Assembly: GCA_001661245.1 (NCBI GenBank) | Contig: KV454011.1 | Coordinates: 709,498-732,884, forward strand | Length of the DNA stretch: 23,387 nucleotides | Direction of reading: 5' to 3' | DNA from: Pachysolen tannophilus NRRL Y-2460 | Taxonomy: Eukaryota | Shown here: piece after piece, positions 1-9,828 of the stretch | Layout of the letters: each line of letters opens with the position of its first letter | Position numbering within the stretch: the first letter of the stretch is position 1 | Made by a program: the position numbers and the translations under genes | Notes under the pieces: model-generated | Database searches by the model: none | What the model was told of the DNA's origin: nothing | The model's input: only the letters and a program-made list of their open reading frames with translations

Positions 1-318
1 CAATTAAGAAATGAAATAAATTTAATATCAAATGTTTTGGACACACCTGAATTCTTCTGGTCATTTGAACCTTCCTTACATCCATTATATAATGCCATTA
101 GAGATTATTTGGAAATTGATCAAAGAGTTGAAGTTTTAAACGATAGATGTCAAATTTTCTTGGACTTCTTTGACGTTATAAGTGATTCCATAGCAGAGAC
201 AAATATGAACAGGATAACTAAAATGATTATTTATGTCTTGTTGGTTATGATTGTTGTTAGTTGTGTGGAGATTTTAATAAGGTATTTGATTATCAAGAGA
301 GATCATTTGAAATTTTAA
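1..318 (+). CDS. RMD8: C-terminal part of an RMD1/RMD8-family (DUF155) sporulation protein; 5' end lies outside the window
   Basis: Frame is open from base 1 (QLRNEINLISNVLDTPEFFWSFEPSLHPLYNAIRDYLEIDQRVEVLNDRC...) to TAA at 316-318. The LDTPEFFWSFEPSLHPLY...YLEIDQRV.VLNDRC block matches yeast Rmd8 as I recall it, followed by a hydrophobic C-terminal helix. Confidence 0.8.
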   Translation, partial: QLRNEINLISNVLDTPEFFWSFEPSLHPLYNAIRDYLEIDQRVEVLNDRCQIFLDFFDVISDSIAETNMNRITKMIIYVLLVMIVVSCVEILIRYLIIKRDHLKF

Positions 319-547
319 GCAAGTGGTAATGCTCTAGCTGTTGTACTTAATTTATATAGCCCTTTTATTTAATTATTAATATATTGCATCAAAATAATAC
401 ATAAGAGTGCATGTCGTACTAGTAGTAGTAATAGTAGTAGTAATAGGGTATCATCATCAAAAGTAATGGAAACTCGTTACTTTCATAAAGACGATGAAAC
501 CGATGGTACGTAAATATGCATTTATTACAGTTTATAGTAAAGCTTCG

Positions 548-641
548 TTCCTCATGGCCCAATGGTCACGGCGTCTGGCTACGATTTGCGTTAGTCACTT
601 CTGGAACCAGAAGATTCCAGGTTCGACTCCTGGTGGGGAAG
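548..641 (+). tRNA. tRNA-Arg, anticodon ACG (ICG), with a 21-nt intron at 585-605
   Basis: Acceptor stem TTCCTCA(548-554)/TGGGGAA(634-640), D arm GCCC-AATGGTCA-CGGC, anticodon stem TCTGG/CCAGA, ACG at 581-583, T loop GTTCGACTCC, discriminator G641. Removing 585-605 leaves a near copy of yeast tRNA-Arg(ACG). Confidence 0.95.
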
Positions 642-663
642 TTTTTAATTTTTTTTTTTTTTT
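642..663 (+). terminator. RNA polymerase III terminator (oligo-T) of the tRNA gene
   Basis: TTTTT directly after the discriminator base, then a longer T run. Confidence 0.75.
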
Positions 664-1631
664 TATTTTATTTATTTATTATGTATGTATTTCAAACCTT
701 TAAATTAAAAAAAATGAAAGAACCGTTTTTCCCTTTTCAATCAATCAAAATCCATTAGCCTAGCGTTAAAATAGGCTAACGTAATGGCTAATGTAATTGC
801 TGATGTAAATGTATAAGAACTTGTTCTATAAAAAGATAGTAGGTTGCCACAGAGGACGAGTTTTTCATTCTTAGATTTATAGTTTATGTAAAGACACAAC
901 GCACTCACTATAGTTTTAAAACTTATTCATGAACTCATGAATACGACTCAAAAAGATAGCAAGCAAATTAGCAAATTTTCTTTCAAGTTTTTTTAAATAA
1001 AAAAACTAAAATGAATAAAATAATTCCAAAAATTCCTTTATAGACCAGAAACAGACAATGCTGTTTAGTCTATAAAGAGCAGTCAATGGTTAAAAAGTTT
1101 TCAACCAGCAAAAACATGATCTCGGACGAATCCTCACTGATACACGTAATGCCCGAGCATAAGGACGGTGAAGAAAGGAAAAAAAAAAAAAAATTAAACT
1201 ATGAAAAACAGCGAAAAAATTCGCATTTATATCAGATTTTTCGAAAGGAAAAAAAAATTATCATCAAGAAAATATTCCCTTTTAGGACTACTCGGGCTGC
1301 TTCAGTTAACACCTTTAAAATAATGGTCAAAATTGGGGCTGCGGTCCTGGCTATTGCCTGTGTTTACACATTGCCTAATGAGGTTATATAATCATAGAAA
1401 ACATCTCTAACCATGCATAAGGTATATGCTTTTATTTACAATTTTTCCAAAGTAAAATTGAGTGAAGGTATTTGATTTAATTTTGACTTGTCTTGTCTTG
1501 TCATGTCTTTATTTTTATTTTTATTTTAAAAAGTTTCTTTTTTTTTTTTTTTTTTTTTTTTTTGTTTTTGCTTGCTGTTATTTGAAATAACGACTGGAAT
1601 CCGATTATATTTCATAGGAAAACTTTGAGCC

Positions 1632-4600
1632 ATGTCTGATCCATTCAAAGATCAAAACTCTAATGGTGAAAAGCATAACCCATTCCGTAATGAGTTTGAA
1701 GCATCTGGTATTTCAAGGCCAAGTAGTATATATTCCAATAGTACTTCCCCAAGACGTTATGCCAACGAATTGTACAATGAAAGCAATTGTAAGTTAAAGT
1801 TTTACTGAATAAAATTTTCAACTGAAAAAAAAAAAAAAAAAAAAAGATGAAATTACTAATAAATTTTCGAAAATTTTGATAACTAGCTGACCAAGTCCAT
1901 GGGTTCCCTACCCAAAACCAATATAGTCCAAATAAGAAAACAGCTAAATATTCTCCTGCGGTTTTCAGTAGATCGAGAGAAGGCAGAAATAATGATGACA
2001 TTTATGGATCCTCAGTTGGAAACAGTTTTATAGGTAGAGCCAGGAAAGATAGTGACGACGGCACCAGCGTTTCGGAAAGGTATAGATACACCAATATTCA
2101 TGAGTCTCCTAAAAAAAATAAGCCAACTTTCATCAATATGGATGATGACGTTATTGATACCTCAGATATTACAAGTCATTATAACGGTAAGAGTCCTTCC
2201 AGATTTGTCAGAAACACGAGTGCAAATAGCAGATCAACCAAATCATCAGATAGGGTGTTAGCACCTCCAAAACCAATTTTTTCAGCTCAAACTTTTGCTG
2301 CAGCTAATGCTTCTGGAAACTTTAGTAATCACCCAGATATAAACTCTGAAGCACGTACAAATTCTCACTATAGTGAAAAAAGCAGTATAAGTTTCAATGC
2401 CAATCAGTTTAGAATAAACGATACTGATGATGATGATAATACCACTGTCTATAGTAGTGAAAGCTTGGGTGGTGACAAATTATCCAATTCATTAAGTTAC
2501 TCGGATTATGAAGACTCTGAGTCCTTTAAACAAAGTTTAGATGGGAACATGTTTGCAGAATTACCACTGGATTATCAACCTCGGAGAAATAATCATACAG
2601 CAACTCAAAAACAATTTTATTTACAGAATGGTAACTTGATTCTTGATAATGCTGTTCCTTCTAAACTATTGAATTTCTTACCATTGAAAGATGAAAGAGA
2701 GTTCAATTATATGAGATACTCTGCGGTAACATCCGATGCAGATGACTTTTCCGCTTCAGGTTTTTCATTAAGAGCTGCAGATTTGAAAAGAGAAACCGAA
2801 ATTGTTATTTGTGTGACCATGTATAACGAAGATGCTGAAGCATTTACTAGAACAATGCACGCAATTATGAAAAATATAGTTTATTTGACTAAGAGAAAGA
2901 AATCACCAATTTGGGGAGATGATAGTTGGGAAAAAATTGTTGTTGTTATTGTTAGTGATGGTAGAGGCAAATGTAGCGAAAGTGTCTTGGAAGTTTTAAG
3001 TGCTATGGGTGTTTACCAAAGTGGGATTGCTAAGTCATTTGTTAATAATAAAGAAGTTAACGCACATTTATTTGAGTATACAACACAAATTTCCATTGAT
3101 GAAGATTTGAAATTTATGGGAAGTGAAAAGGGAATTGTTCCAGTTCAAATATGTTTTTGTTTGAAAGAGAAAAACGCTAAAAAAATCAATTCTCATAGAT
3201 GGTTATTCAACGCATTCTGCCCTGTTTTACAACCAAATGTCTGTGTTTTATTAGATGTGGGTACTCAACCTGATAGTCATGCTATTTATAACTTGTGGAA
3301 AGCATTTGACCAAGATTCAAACGTTGCAGGTACTGCGGGTGAAATTAAAACCATTAATGGTAAATATTGGAAGAATTTAATGAATCCTTTGGTTGCCTCA
3401 CAAAATTTTGAATACAAAATGTCCAATATTTTGGACAAGCCTTTAGAATCTGTATTCGGATATATCTCTGTCTTACCAGGTGCATTATCAGCTTATAGAT
3501 ATACTGCTTTAGAAAATCATGAAGACGGTACAGGTCCTTTAAACTCATATTTCAAAGGTGAAAACTTAGATACTGCTGAGAATCATGATATTTTTACTGC
3601 AAACATGTACCTTGCAGAAGATAGAATTTTGTGTTGGGAACTAGTTGCAAAGAGAAATGCCAAATGGGTCTTGAAATATGTTAGATCTGCCACAGGTTCC
3701 ACTGATGTTCCTGAAAAATTATCAGAATTCATCTCACAAAGAAGAAGATGGTTAAATGGTGCCTTCTTTGCTGCATTATATTCACAAGTCCATTTCAGGC
3801 AAATTTGGGCCACAGATCACTCATTTATAAGAAAGTTTTTTTTACATATTGAATTTATTTATCAATTTGTCCAATTATTATTCAGTTTCTTTTCGTTAGG
3901 AAACTTTTATTTGACTTTTTACTATTTGGCTGGTGCCTTAATCAATGTTATTCCTAATAATGGTGGTTATTGGATATTTCAAATCTTGAATTATTTATGT
4001 GTTTCAGATTTAGTTGGTATGTTTATGATATCTATGGGTAATAGGCCACAAGGTGCTAAGAAATTATACTTAACTTCATTGCTTATCTTAGTCTTCTGTG
4101 GTCTCTATGCATATGTTGCAGGAATATATTTCACTATATCAGCAATAAAAACTGAAACAATTGATCCTTCAAGTGATACTTCAAACTCATTTTCTGTGAT
4201 TATTGTTTCTTTGTTATCAACTTATGGGTTATATGCCTTTATGTCTTTAGCTTATATGGATTTTTTCCATATTTTTACTTCATCTTTGCAATATTTCTTA
4301 TTGTTACCCGCATATACTTGTTTATTACAAATTTATGCTTTCTGTAATACTCATGATGTTTCTTGGGGTACTAAAGGTGATAATGCTCCAGAGACTAACT
4401 TGGGTAATGCTGTCGTTAAAAAGGATAAATCCGGGAAAGAGATTGTTGAAGTGGAAATTATTGGAGACCAAATGGATATTGACAATGTTTATGATGAAGT
4501 CTTGTTCAATTTAAGATCCAGAAGACAAACACCTCTAGAATTAAGAACCAACAGTGATTCAAATGGACCAAGTCATGAAGATTATTATAGAGATGTTAGA

Positions 4601-5017
4601 ACTAGAGTCGTCTTGGTCTGGTTAGTTGCAAATTTAATCTTAATCATGACAATCACTCAAGTTTATGATGCTGATGCCATAAATACAAACAAGTATTTGG
4701 AAGTCATCTTGATTTGTGTTGCTGCACTAGCTGGGTTCAGAGCTATTGGTAGCTTTGCGTACTTGGGTCTCCTAGGTCTTAGAAATATTGACAAACAACA
4801 GACAAACAAAAAACAAACAAATAAACCTTACTTAAACACAGATATCAAAGAAAATGCAAAAGAAAAAATAGATAAAAATAATCAAAATAAAAAGTTTTTT
4901 TTTTTTTTTTTTTTACTTAACCTTAGTATTGACTATGGTTTGTGTATTCTATTTGGTGAAATAACGCTCTTTGAACTTACGATTACCTTGGATGTTTCCT
5001 CTGTTAAATTATTATAA
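1632..5017 (+). CDS. CHS2: Chitin synthase, division 1, probably class II (Sc Chs2/Ca Chs1-like); join(1632..1788,1887..5017), about 1095 aa; 3' end uncertain
   Basis: Motifs [30 protein letters not shown] and C-terminal TM helices. An upstream exon (MSDPFKDQN..., ATG at 1632) splices in frame (T+CT=Ser) into the open frame that contains the 2138 ORF. Confidence 0.88.
1789..1886 (+). other. Spliceosomal intron (98 nt) in the chitin synthase
   Basis: 5' site GTAAGT at 1789, branch-like TACTAAT at 1854-1860, 3' TAG at 1884-1886. Splicing joins two open frames in phase. Confidence 0.85.
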
Positions 5018-5209
5018 TAAAATTACCATTGATACCGATTTAAAAGAAAGTTGTAAGCGGGAGAAAGTGGGCAGCTACTACTACTAGTGGGCAGCAACAA
5101 GTAATTAATAGTTTAATAGTTTAAAAGTAATTTAATATTTAATACTGCGGAGGCCTCCAGACCCTCTCAAAAACCCAAAAAATCCAAAAAAAACAAAAAA
5201 AAAGGCTTT

Positions 5210-6450
5210 TCATTAGCGGAAAAAGGGTTTAACATTGGTTGGTTGATGGTTTTTTGAAGAATTTTAAACTGAATTCCTTTCCATGTAATTTAAGAAACAA
5301 GATTTGTGGGTGGAAATTTCTCCACAATTACTCGTATCTACTCGGGAATTTGAAAAATAAGCTTTTGTAAAAAAATATTGAAAAAGAGGAAGCTGAAAGA
5401 ATAATTTGACTTTTACTTTATTTTCCAAAATTTCAACAAAGAATATGTATTTGTCCATTCGGAAAATAATAATATTAAAAATAAGAAATTTTTTTTAACG
5501 ACAAATTTTACCATCATAAACTCGAGGTATTAAAAGGAAAAACTTTTCAATTTCTTTATTTCTTTATTTCAAAAACAAGCCTTTTTGTCCCGCTCTGAGA
5601 TTGATTGATTAACAATGCACAATTTCCCCATATTTCATTGATATTCAATAACATTTTCGGAGACAAGTACAAAGCAAAAATTTAATAAGGTTTGTTCATT
5701 AGATTACGTAGTAAAGTATAATCTTCTGTTGCCCCTGTTACATTTATTTCTCCCTTTTGTTACCACACATTACGTAAACGCAAAAATAAAAATAAAATAA
5801 AAAAAAAGGACAAGGTTTCTAAATTATGCGTCAGTTTTCTCATATTCTAGTAGTATTCTAGTTTTCAATCTTGAGCTAAGAGGGCAAACATATGCATTCC
5901 CCACACATGAATATGCATCGTGGATCCTAGATTGTACAGTAACGTCATGTTTTTTTTGGGCTTTTTTTTTTTTTTTTTTTTTTTCAATGTTGATTTCTTA
6001 AATGAATCTATAGCGAAAAAGGAATTACAATTTTATAAACTTGTGTAATTTCATTCTTATCGATAACCGAGATTGGAGAATGGAGGTTGGGGGATTGGAG
6101 AATAGAAGTTGGAGTAAAAGCTTTTCGTGTCAGTTGATTGTTTCGAATAATTTTTTCCGATCAAATATTTAGAGATAGAGTGGTGATTACTTTTTCTGGC
6201 CAGATGATGCATGAACAGCCTGGGTGCTATAATGTTTTTGGCTCAAATTGAAGGAAGGTAGACACATACTTCACACATTACATGCGGTGAACATAAGACT
6301 GGAATTTTTTTATTAACAATAATTAATTAGTGATTTTTTTATTTTCCCCAGAAAATGACGTAGATGAAGGATACGAAAGCATGAGCATAATATAGGTTTA
6401 GGTCTTATACTTGTCTTTCTTTACTCATCATTTACCAAATCTATATAAGA
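5210..6450 (+). promoter_or_regulatory. Putative glucose-regulated promoter of the HGT1-type transporter
   Basis: CGGAAAA (Rgt1-type CGGANNA) at 5217-5223, 5460-5466 and 6153-6159 (reverse). Mig1/CreA-type SYGGGG on the minus strand at 5899-5904 and 6346-6351, the latter with an AT-rich flank. TATATAAG at 6442-6449. Confidence 0.55.
6071..6114. repeat. Imperfect 22-bp tandem duplication containing four TTGGRG motifs
   Basis: GATTGGAGAATGGAGGTTGGGG (6071-6092) followed by GATTGGAGAATAGAAGTTGGAG (6093-6114). Confidence 0.8.
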
Positions 6451-6561
6451 GTGTGGTAAATTCCAAGGTAAGAAATAAATTAGTTCATCTTCTATAGTTT
6501 AGTATTTTTTTTCTGATAAAAGCAAAAAAAAAACAATAAAAACAAAATACAAATATTAAAA

Positions 6562-8262
6562 ATGGTATTATTTTTGAAAAGTTCATCGGCAACTGCTGCC
6601 CCTAGCGCTAATATAGCTAAAACAAATTTCTTGACAGATTTTTATGACAAATTTCCAAAGACTTATAACATGTATATCATTGCATTTGTTTCAACAATAG
6701 GTGGTTTGATGTTTGGTTTTGATATTTCATCTGTTTCATCATTTCTTTCTCAAGAGTATTATTTAAAGTTTTTTGATAGTCCCGATACTATTACCCAGGG
6801 GGGTATATCTGCTTCGATGGCTGGAGGTTCTTTTATTGGATCTCTTATAGCGTCTTATATTTCTGATCCATTAGGACGTAGAGTAAGTTTACAAGTTTCA
6901 TCTATGTTTTGGATGATTGGTGCTCTGATTCAAAGTTCTTCTCAAAATAGAGCTCAGTTGATTTGTGGAAGATTTATTTCTGGTTTTGGTATTGGAATTT
7001 CATCTTCTACAGCACCAAGTTATGTTTCTGAAATATCTCCAAAAAAAATTAGAGGTACTATGGGAGGAATATTTCAATGGTCTGTAACAATTGGAATTAT
7101 GGTTATGTTCTTTATTGGTTATGGTTGTACTTTTATTGATGGTGTCGGAAGTTTCAGACTTGCATGGGGTCTTCAAATTGTTCCAGGACTGATGTTATTT
7201 GTTGGTGTTCCCTTTTTGCCAGAATCTCCTCGTTGGTTAGCAAATCATGGACAATGGAGTAAAGCAGAAGATATTGTTGCTCGTATTAATTCAAAAGGAG
7301 ATCTTGAAGATCCAGAGGTTATTATTGAATTGAAAGAAATTAAAGAACAAGTTCTTATTGATGAAGATGCAAAAGATGTTACATTTCTGGAATTATTTAA
7401 TAAGACAAATATTAAACGTACAACAGTTGGTATGTGTGGTCAAATGTGGCAACAAATGTGTGGTATGAATGTCATGATGTATTATATTGTTTATATTTTT
7501 GAAATGGCAGGATATACCGGTAACACTAATTTAGTTGCTTCAAGTATTCAATATGTTATATTTGTTGTTATGACAGCACCTGCTTTGTTTTTCTTGGATA
7601 AAGTTGGAAGAAGACCTTTATTATTGATTGGTGCAGTATTAATGGCAGCTTTCTTATTTGCAGTTGGCGCTATCTTGGCTGTTTATTCTGAACCAACTAC
7701 AGATTTTGATGGAAATGAAAATATTACAATTTCAATTCCAGATTCAAATAAAGCTGCTGCTAAAGCTCTTATTGCATGCTCATATTTATTTGTTGCTACT
7801 TTTGGACCAACTTGGGGTCCAGGTATTTGGTTATACTGTTCAGAAATTTTCCCAAATAGAATTAGAGCTAAGGCTAATGGTGTTTCCACTTCTGTAAACT
7901 GGATTTTCAATTTTGCATTAGGTATGTTTGTTCCTACTGCTTTCCATAATATTAGTTGGAAAACTTACATGATTTTTGGTACTTTTTGTGTTGTTCTGTT
8001 TTTCAACGTTTACTTCTTATTCCCTGAAACTCAAGGTAAAACTTTGGAAGAAATAGATCAAATGTGGCAAGATGGTGTCCCAGCATGGAGAACAAAGAAC
8101 TATGTTGTCGAACTCCCACCTCTTGGCGAAGTCTTTGAAGAAAAGGCATCTGCTCGTGAAGTTGAAAATGCTTCAAGCGATGATAACGCTACAGTTGATG
8201 AAACTAGATTTAGACTTCAAAGTACAGAAAGAGTAAGAGAAGTAAATGTTGAAGAAGTCTAG
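6562..8262 (+). CDS. HGT1: High-affinity glucose transporter, sugar porter (MFS) family, HGT1-type
   Basis: GGLMFGFDISS, D.LGRR, PESPRWL, QQMCGMNVMMYY, DKVGRR and PETQGKTLEEID sugar-porter motifs. N-terminal DKFPK.YN and the QSSSQNRAQL segment resemble Kluyveromyces/Candida Hgt1. Confidence 0.9.
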   Translation: MVLFLKSSSATAAPSANIAKTNFLTDFYDKFPKTYNMYIIAFVSTIGGLMFGFDISSVSSFLSQEYYLKFFDSPDTITQGGISASMAGGSFIGSLIASYISDPLGRRVSLQVSSMFWMIGALIQSSSQNRAQLICGRFISGFGIGISSSTAPSYVSEISPKKIRGTMGGIFQWSVTIGIMVMFFIGYGCTFIDGVGSFRLAWGLQIVPGLMLFVGVPFLPESPRWLANHGQWSKAEDIVARINSKGDLEDPEVIIELKEIKEQVLIDEDAKDVTFLELFNKTNIKRTTVGMCGQMWQQMCGMNVMMYYIVYIFEMAGYTGNTNLVASSIQYVIFVVMTAPALFFLDKVGRRPLLLIGAVLMAAFLFAVGAILAVYSEPTTDFDGNENITISIPDSNKAAAKALIACSYLFVATFGPTWGPGIWLYCSEIFPNRIRAKANGVSTSVNWIFNFALGMFVPTAFHNISWKTYMIFGTFCVVLFFNVYFLFPETQGKTLEEIDQMWQDGVPAWRTKNYVVELPPLGEVFEEKASAREVENASSDDNATVDETRFRLQSTERVREVNVEEV

Positions 8263-8958
8263 TTTTTCCTTCTTTTTTTTTCTTTTTTTTTCCATTATTG
8301 CTTGTTTAACATAACCTTCATCATATTCAATTGTCGAAATCGAAAACTGTCTTTTTCTTTAGTTGGTCAATTTTATTTCCCTTTATATTTTTTTGCTTAG
8401 AAAGATCCTGGCTGATCACTACTTGACCAATTATTTTTTTTTTTTTTTATTTTTATTTTTTCCTTTTCCTTTTACTTATCCTTATTTAGTTTAGTTCACC
8501 AATTATGTTATAAAAATTTGTATATGGGCATTTAAATGAAATTTAAATTTAGTATTTCAGCAACTAAGGCAACTAAGGATACCTTCAGGTATCTATCTGA
8601 ATTATCCCTTTCTTAAAACTTTTTTTCTTTTTTCAAATGATTGTCTGACGCCCCCTTTTTTAAGTGGAAAAGTTGCATATTTCTCCTTTTGTACATTTTG
8701 TCATTTTAAAGACGACTTTATTTGAAAATTACCATTTTTGAAATTTTTGATATTCTGCAAACTACTGTTGATATTTTCTCGAAAGTCACCACTGGTAAAA
8801 TAATTAAAGAAGATCCAAGGTGACATATAACATATAGATAAAATATATATATATATATCTATATAATACAACTTCAAACTGAGAATTGTTCTATGGAATC
8901 ATTGATTTCAAGCAGTGTTGAATATAGTATTATAAAGGTAGCATTGGATATATAGACA

Positions 8959-9828
8959 ATGGATATTGTTTTAGGTATAAAAGTTCAGGACTCGGTAATT
9001 GTCGCCACTTCGAAAGCCGCCACTAGAGGTATTTCGATTTTAAAAGATACAGATGATAAAACAAGAGCATTGAATGAGCACAACTTGATGGCTTTTACAG
9101 GTGAAGCTGGTGATACAGGTAAGTTTAATATTTGATTTTGTTCGGCATTAAAAATTCTTTGAATTATTATTATATAATTTCGAATTGCCACCTCTTTCTT
9201 TTTTTAAAAACAAGAAAAGTGAAAATTTTAAATTAAGTTAGTTGATCATTGTATATTAACGAAGTTTTATTTTAAACTGTAGTTCAATTTGCCGAATACA
9301 TTCAAGCCAATATACAATTGTACGGTATGAGAGAGAATTTCGACTTGCCGCCAAAAGCAGTTAACCATTTTGTTAGAAACCAATTGGCTTCATCTATAAG
9401 ATCAAGAGTAAGTTAACAGTTCATTTCCAAAATGTGATGAAGGGTTTTCTTTTTTTTTCTTTCTCGATTTTGTTTTTACTAACAAGCTTTTTTTTTATTT
9501 TTTTATTTTTTTGCAAAATTAGAAACCATATCAAGTTAATGTTATATTAGCAGGTTATGATGAAGCAAAGGAAGAACCTTCATTGAGTTGGATAGATTAT
9601 CTTGGTACAAAAGTCGACATACCTTATGCAGCTCATGGATATGCTGGATTTTATACTTTTTCATTATTAGATCGTCATTATAGATCAGATATGTCTGTAG
9701 ACGAAGGGTTAAAGATATTGAAGTTATGTTCCGAAGAATTGAATAAGAGAATGCCAATTGACTTTAAAGGATTGCGTGTCAAAATTGTCGATAAATCAGG
9801 TATAAGGGAAATTGATGTTGGCCTTTAA
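8959..9828 (+). CDS. PRE1: 20S proteasome beta-4 subunit; join(8959..9118,9283..9407,9523..9828), 196 aa
   Basis: Spliced translation MDIVLGIKVQDSVIVATSKAATRGISILKDTDDKTR...GEAGDT|VQFAEYIQANIQLYGMRE...SIRSR|KPYQVNVILAGYD...IDYLGTKV..PYAAHGY...KRMPIDFKG. Exons of 160+125+306 = 591 nt keep the frame. Confidence 0.95.
9119..9282 (+). other. PRE1 intron 1 (164 nt)
   Basis: GTAAGT at 9119, variant branch TATTAAC at 9254-9260, TAG at 9280-9282; G+TT gives the conserved Val. Confidence 0.9.
9408..9522 (+). other. PRE1 intron 2 (115 nt)
   Basis: GTAAGT at 9408, TACTAAC at 9477-9483, poly-T tract, TAG at 9520-9522; phase 0 join SIRSR|KPYQVN. Confidence 0.92.

Noticed and set aside
494..758. ORFs 494..703 and 516..758
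   Set aside because: They overlap the tRNA gene and its poly-T terminator; spurious.
1086..1391. 101-aa ORF
   Set aside because: Built on poly-A tracts with no recognisable domain; probably promoter DNA of the chitin synthase.
1660..2001. 113-aa minus-strand ORF
   Set aside because: Antisense to chitin synthase exon 1, intron and exon 2; the poly-Phe comes from the intronic A run.
5066..5158. Direct repeat AGTGGGCAGC x2 around (TAC)n, and palindrome GGAGGCCTCC
   Set aside because: Short and isolated, with no assignable function; not CRISPR-like or TIR-like.
9433..9480. Box C-like GTGATGA in PRE1 intron 2 (intronic snoRNA?)
   Set aside because: No CTGA box D downstream within the intron and no terminal stem.
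9583..9828. 81-aa ORF as a stand-alone gene
   Set aside because: It is part of exon 3 of PRE1; the start shown is a TTG.
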